32,000 bases of DNA from the NCBI GenBank assembly GCA_015257795.3, contig CP072208.2, positions 300,001 to 332,000 of the forward strand, given 5' to 3'. A model generated the notes under the pieces. It saw nothing but the letters and a program-made list of their open reading frames with translations. It was not told where the DNA came from and did not search any database. Numbering within the stretch: position 1 is the stretch's first letter; the number at the start of each line of letters is the position of its first letter. This document shows, one piece after another, positions 31,807 through 32,000 of the stretch. Source of the DNA: Candidatus Nanogingivalaceae bacterium (GTDB lineage: Bacteria > Patescibacteriota > Saccharimonadia > Saccharimonadales > Saccharimonadaceae). Position numbers and translations under genes: made by a program.

Positions 31807-32000
31807 TTTTGCTCCTTTAAAGACTTATTAATATCTTTCGAAATTTGTGAAATCATTGATTTTGTTGGATCGTGTGCGCTTAAAACTCGCGAAACTTTAA
31901 TTTTATCGTTTATCCTACCTAACTTTCGAATATTTCTACCAATCACAACAGGATCGAAAGCTCCATAAATAATTTTCGTTGGTGTTTCAGTTTTTGAAAG
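31803..32000 (-). CDS. C-terminal 65 codons of an unidentified protein (possibly an alpha/beta-hydrolase-fold C-terminus); gene starts beyond the right edge
   Basis: The minus-strand frame is open from 32000 to the TGA at 31805-31803, which overlaps the trpS ATG (ATGA). Translation: [65 protein letters not shown]. The G-x-x-D ... AHD spacing is only weakly suggestive. Confidence 0.5.
   Translation of the reverse strand, partial: LSKTETPTKIIYGAFDPVVIGRNIRKLGRINDKIKVSRVLSAHDPTKSMISQISKDINKSLKEQK

Noticed and set aside
1-32000. Alternative genetic code (UGA recoding, as in some CPR lineages)
   Set aside because: All conserved genes translate full-length in the standard code. TGA is used as a genuine stop (for example the GH57, pseudouridine synthase and 302-aa genes).
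1-32000. CRISPR arrays, rRNA genes, IS elements and known defence systems
   Set aside because: I saw no regularly spaced repeats, no rRNA-like conserved stretches, and no transposase or Cas-like ORFs. The UvrD-like helicase has ordinary housekeeping motifs and no nuclease partner, so it is not called a defence gene.

Overview
AT-rich (about one-third GC by eye), tightly packed bacterial chromosome segment read in the standard genetic code. It holds about 31 protein genes and 2 tRNAs; I saw no rRNA, CRISPR array, transposase or integrase. Gene content, left to right: a UvrD/PcrA-type helicase (partial); two small, possibly paralogous orphan proteins; a cysteine desulfurase - DUF218 - mnmA operon; an unannotated 48-aa CxxCxGxG zinc-finger ORF with its own promoter and terminator; a heterodimeric ABC exporter pair; tRNA-Trp; a DUF45/M48-like peptidase; a three-gene alpha-glucan operon (GT4/5 synthase-like, GH57, GH15); rpmG; tRNA-Thr; a GC-rich two-gene islet (CAP/SCP-domain protein plus a coiled-coil protein); an isolated rplF-rplR-rpsE-rplO block with no rpmD, rpsH or secY; a large orphan protein; a membrane GDPD; a P-type ATPase; a TPR protein; and an overlapping holB - pseudouridine synthase - trpS operon. 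The missing L30, the compact overlapping genes and the archaeal-looking glycogen enzymes suggest a reduced-genome CPR/Patescibacteria (Saccharibacteria-like) organism, but that is inference. The signals I consider most worth following up are: (1) the GC-rich islet beside tRNA-Thr; (2) a recurrent promoter layout in which a -10 box (usually TGn-extended) ends 6-7 nt before the ATG, implying widespread leaderless mRNAs; (3) a roughly 8-fold excess of the palindrome TTCGAA; (4) the hidden zinc-finger micro-gene. I did not recognise a complete known defence or mobile system.
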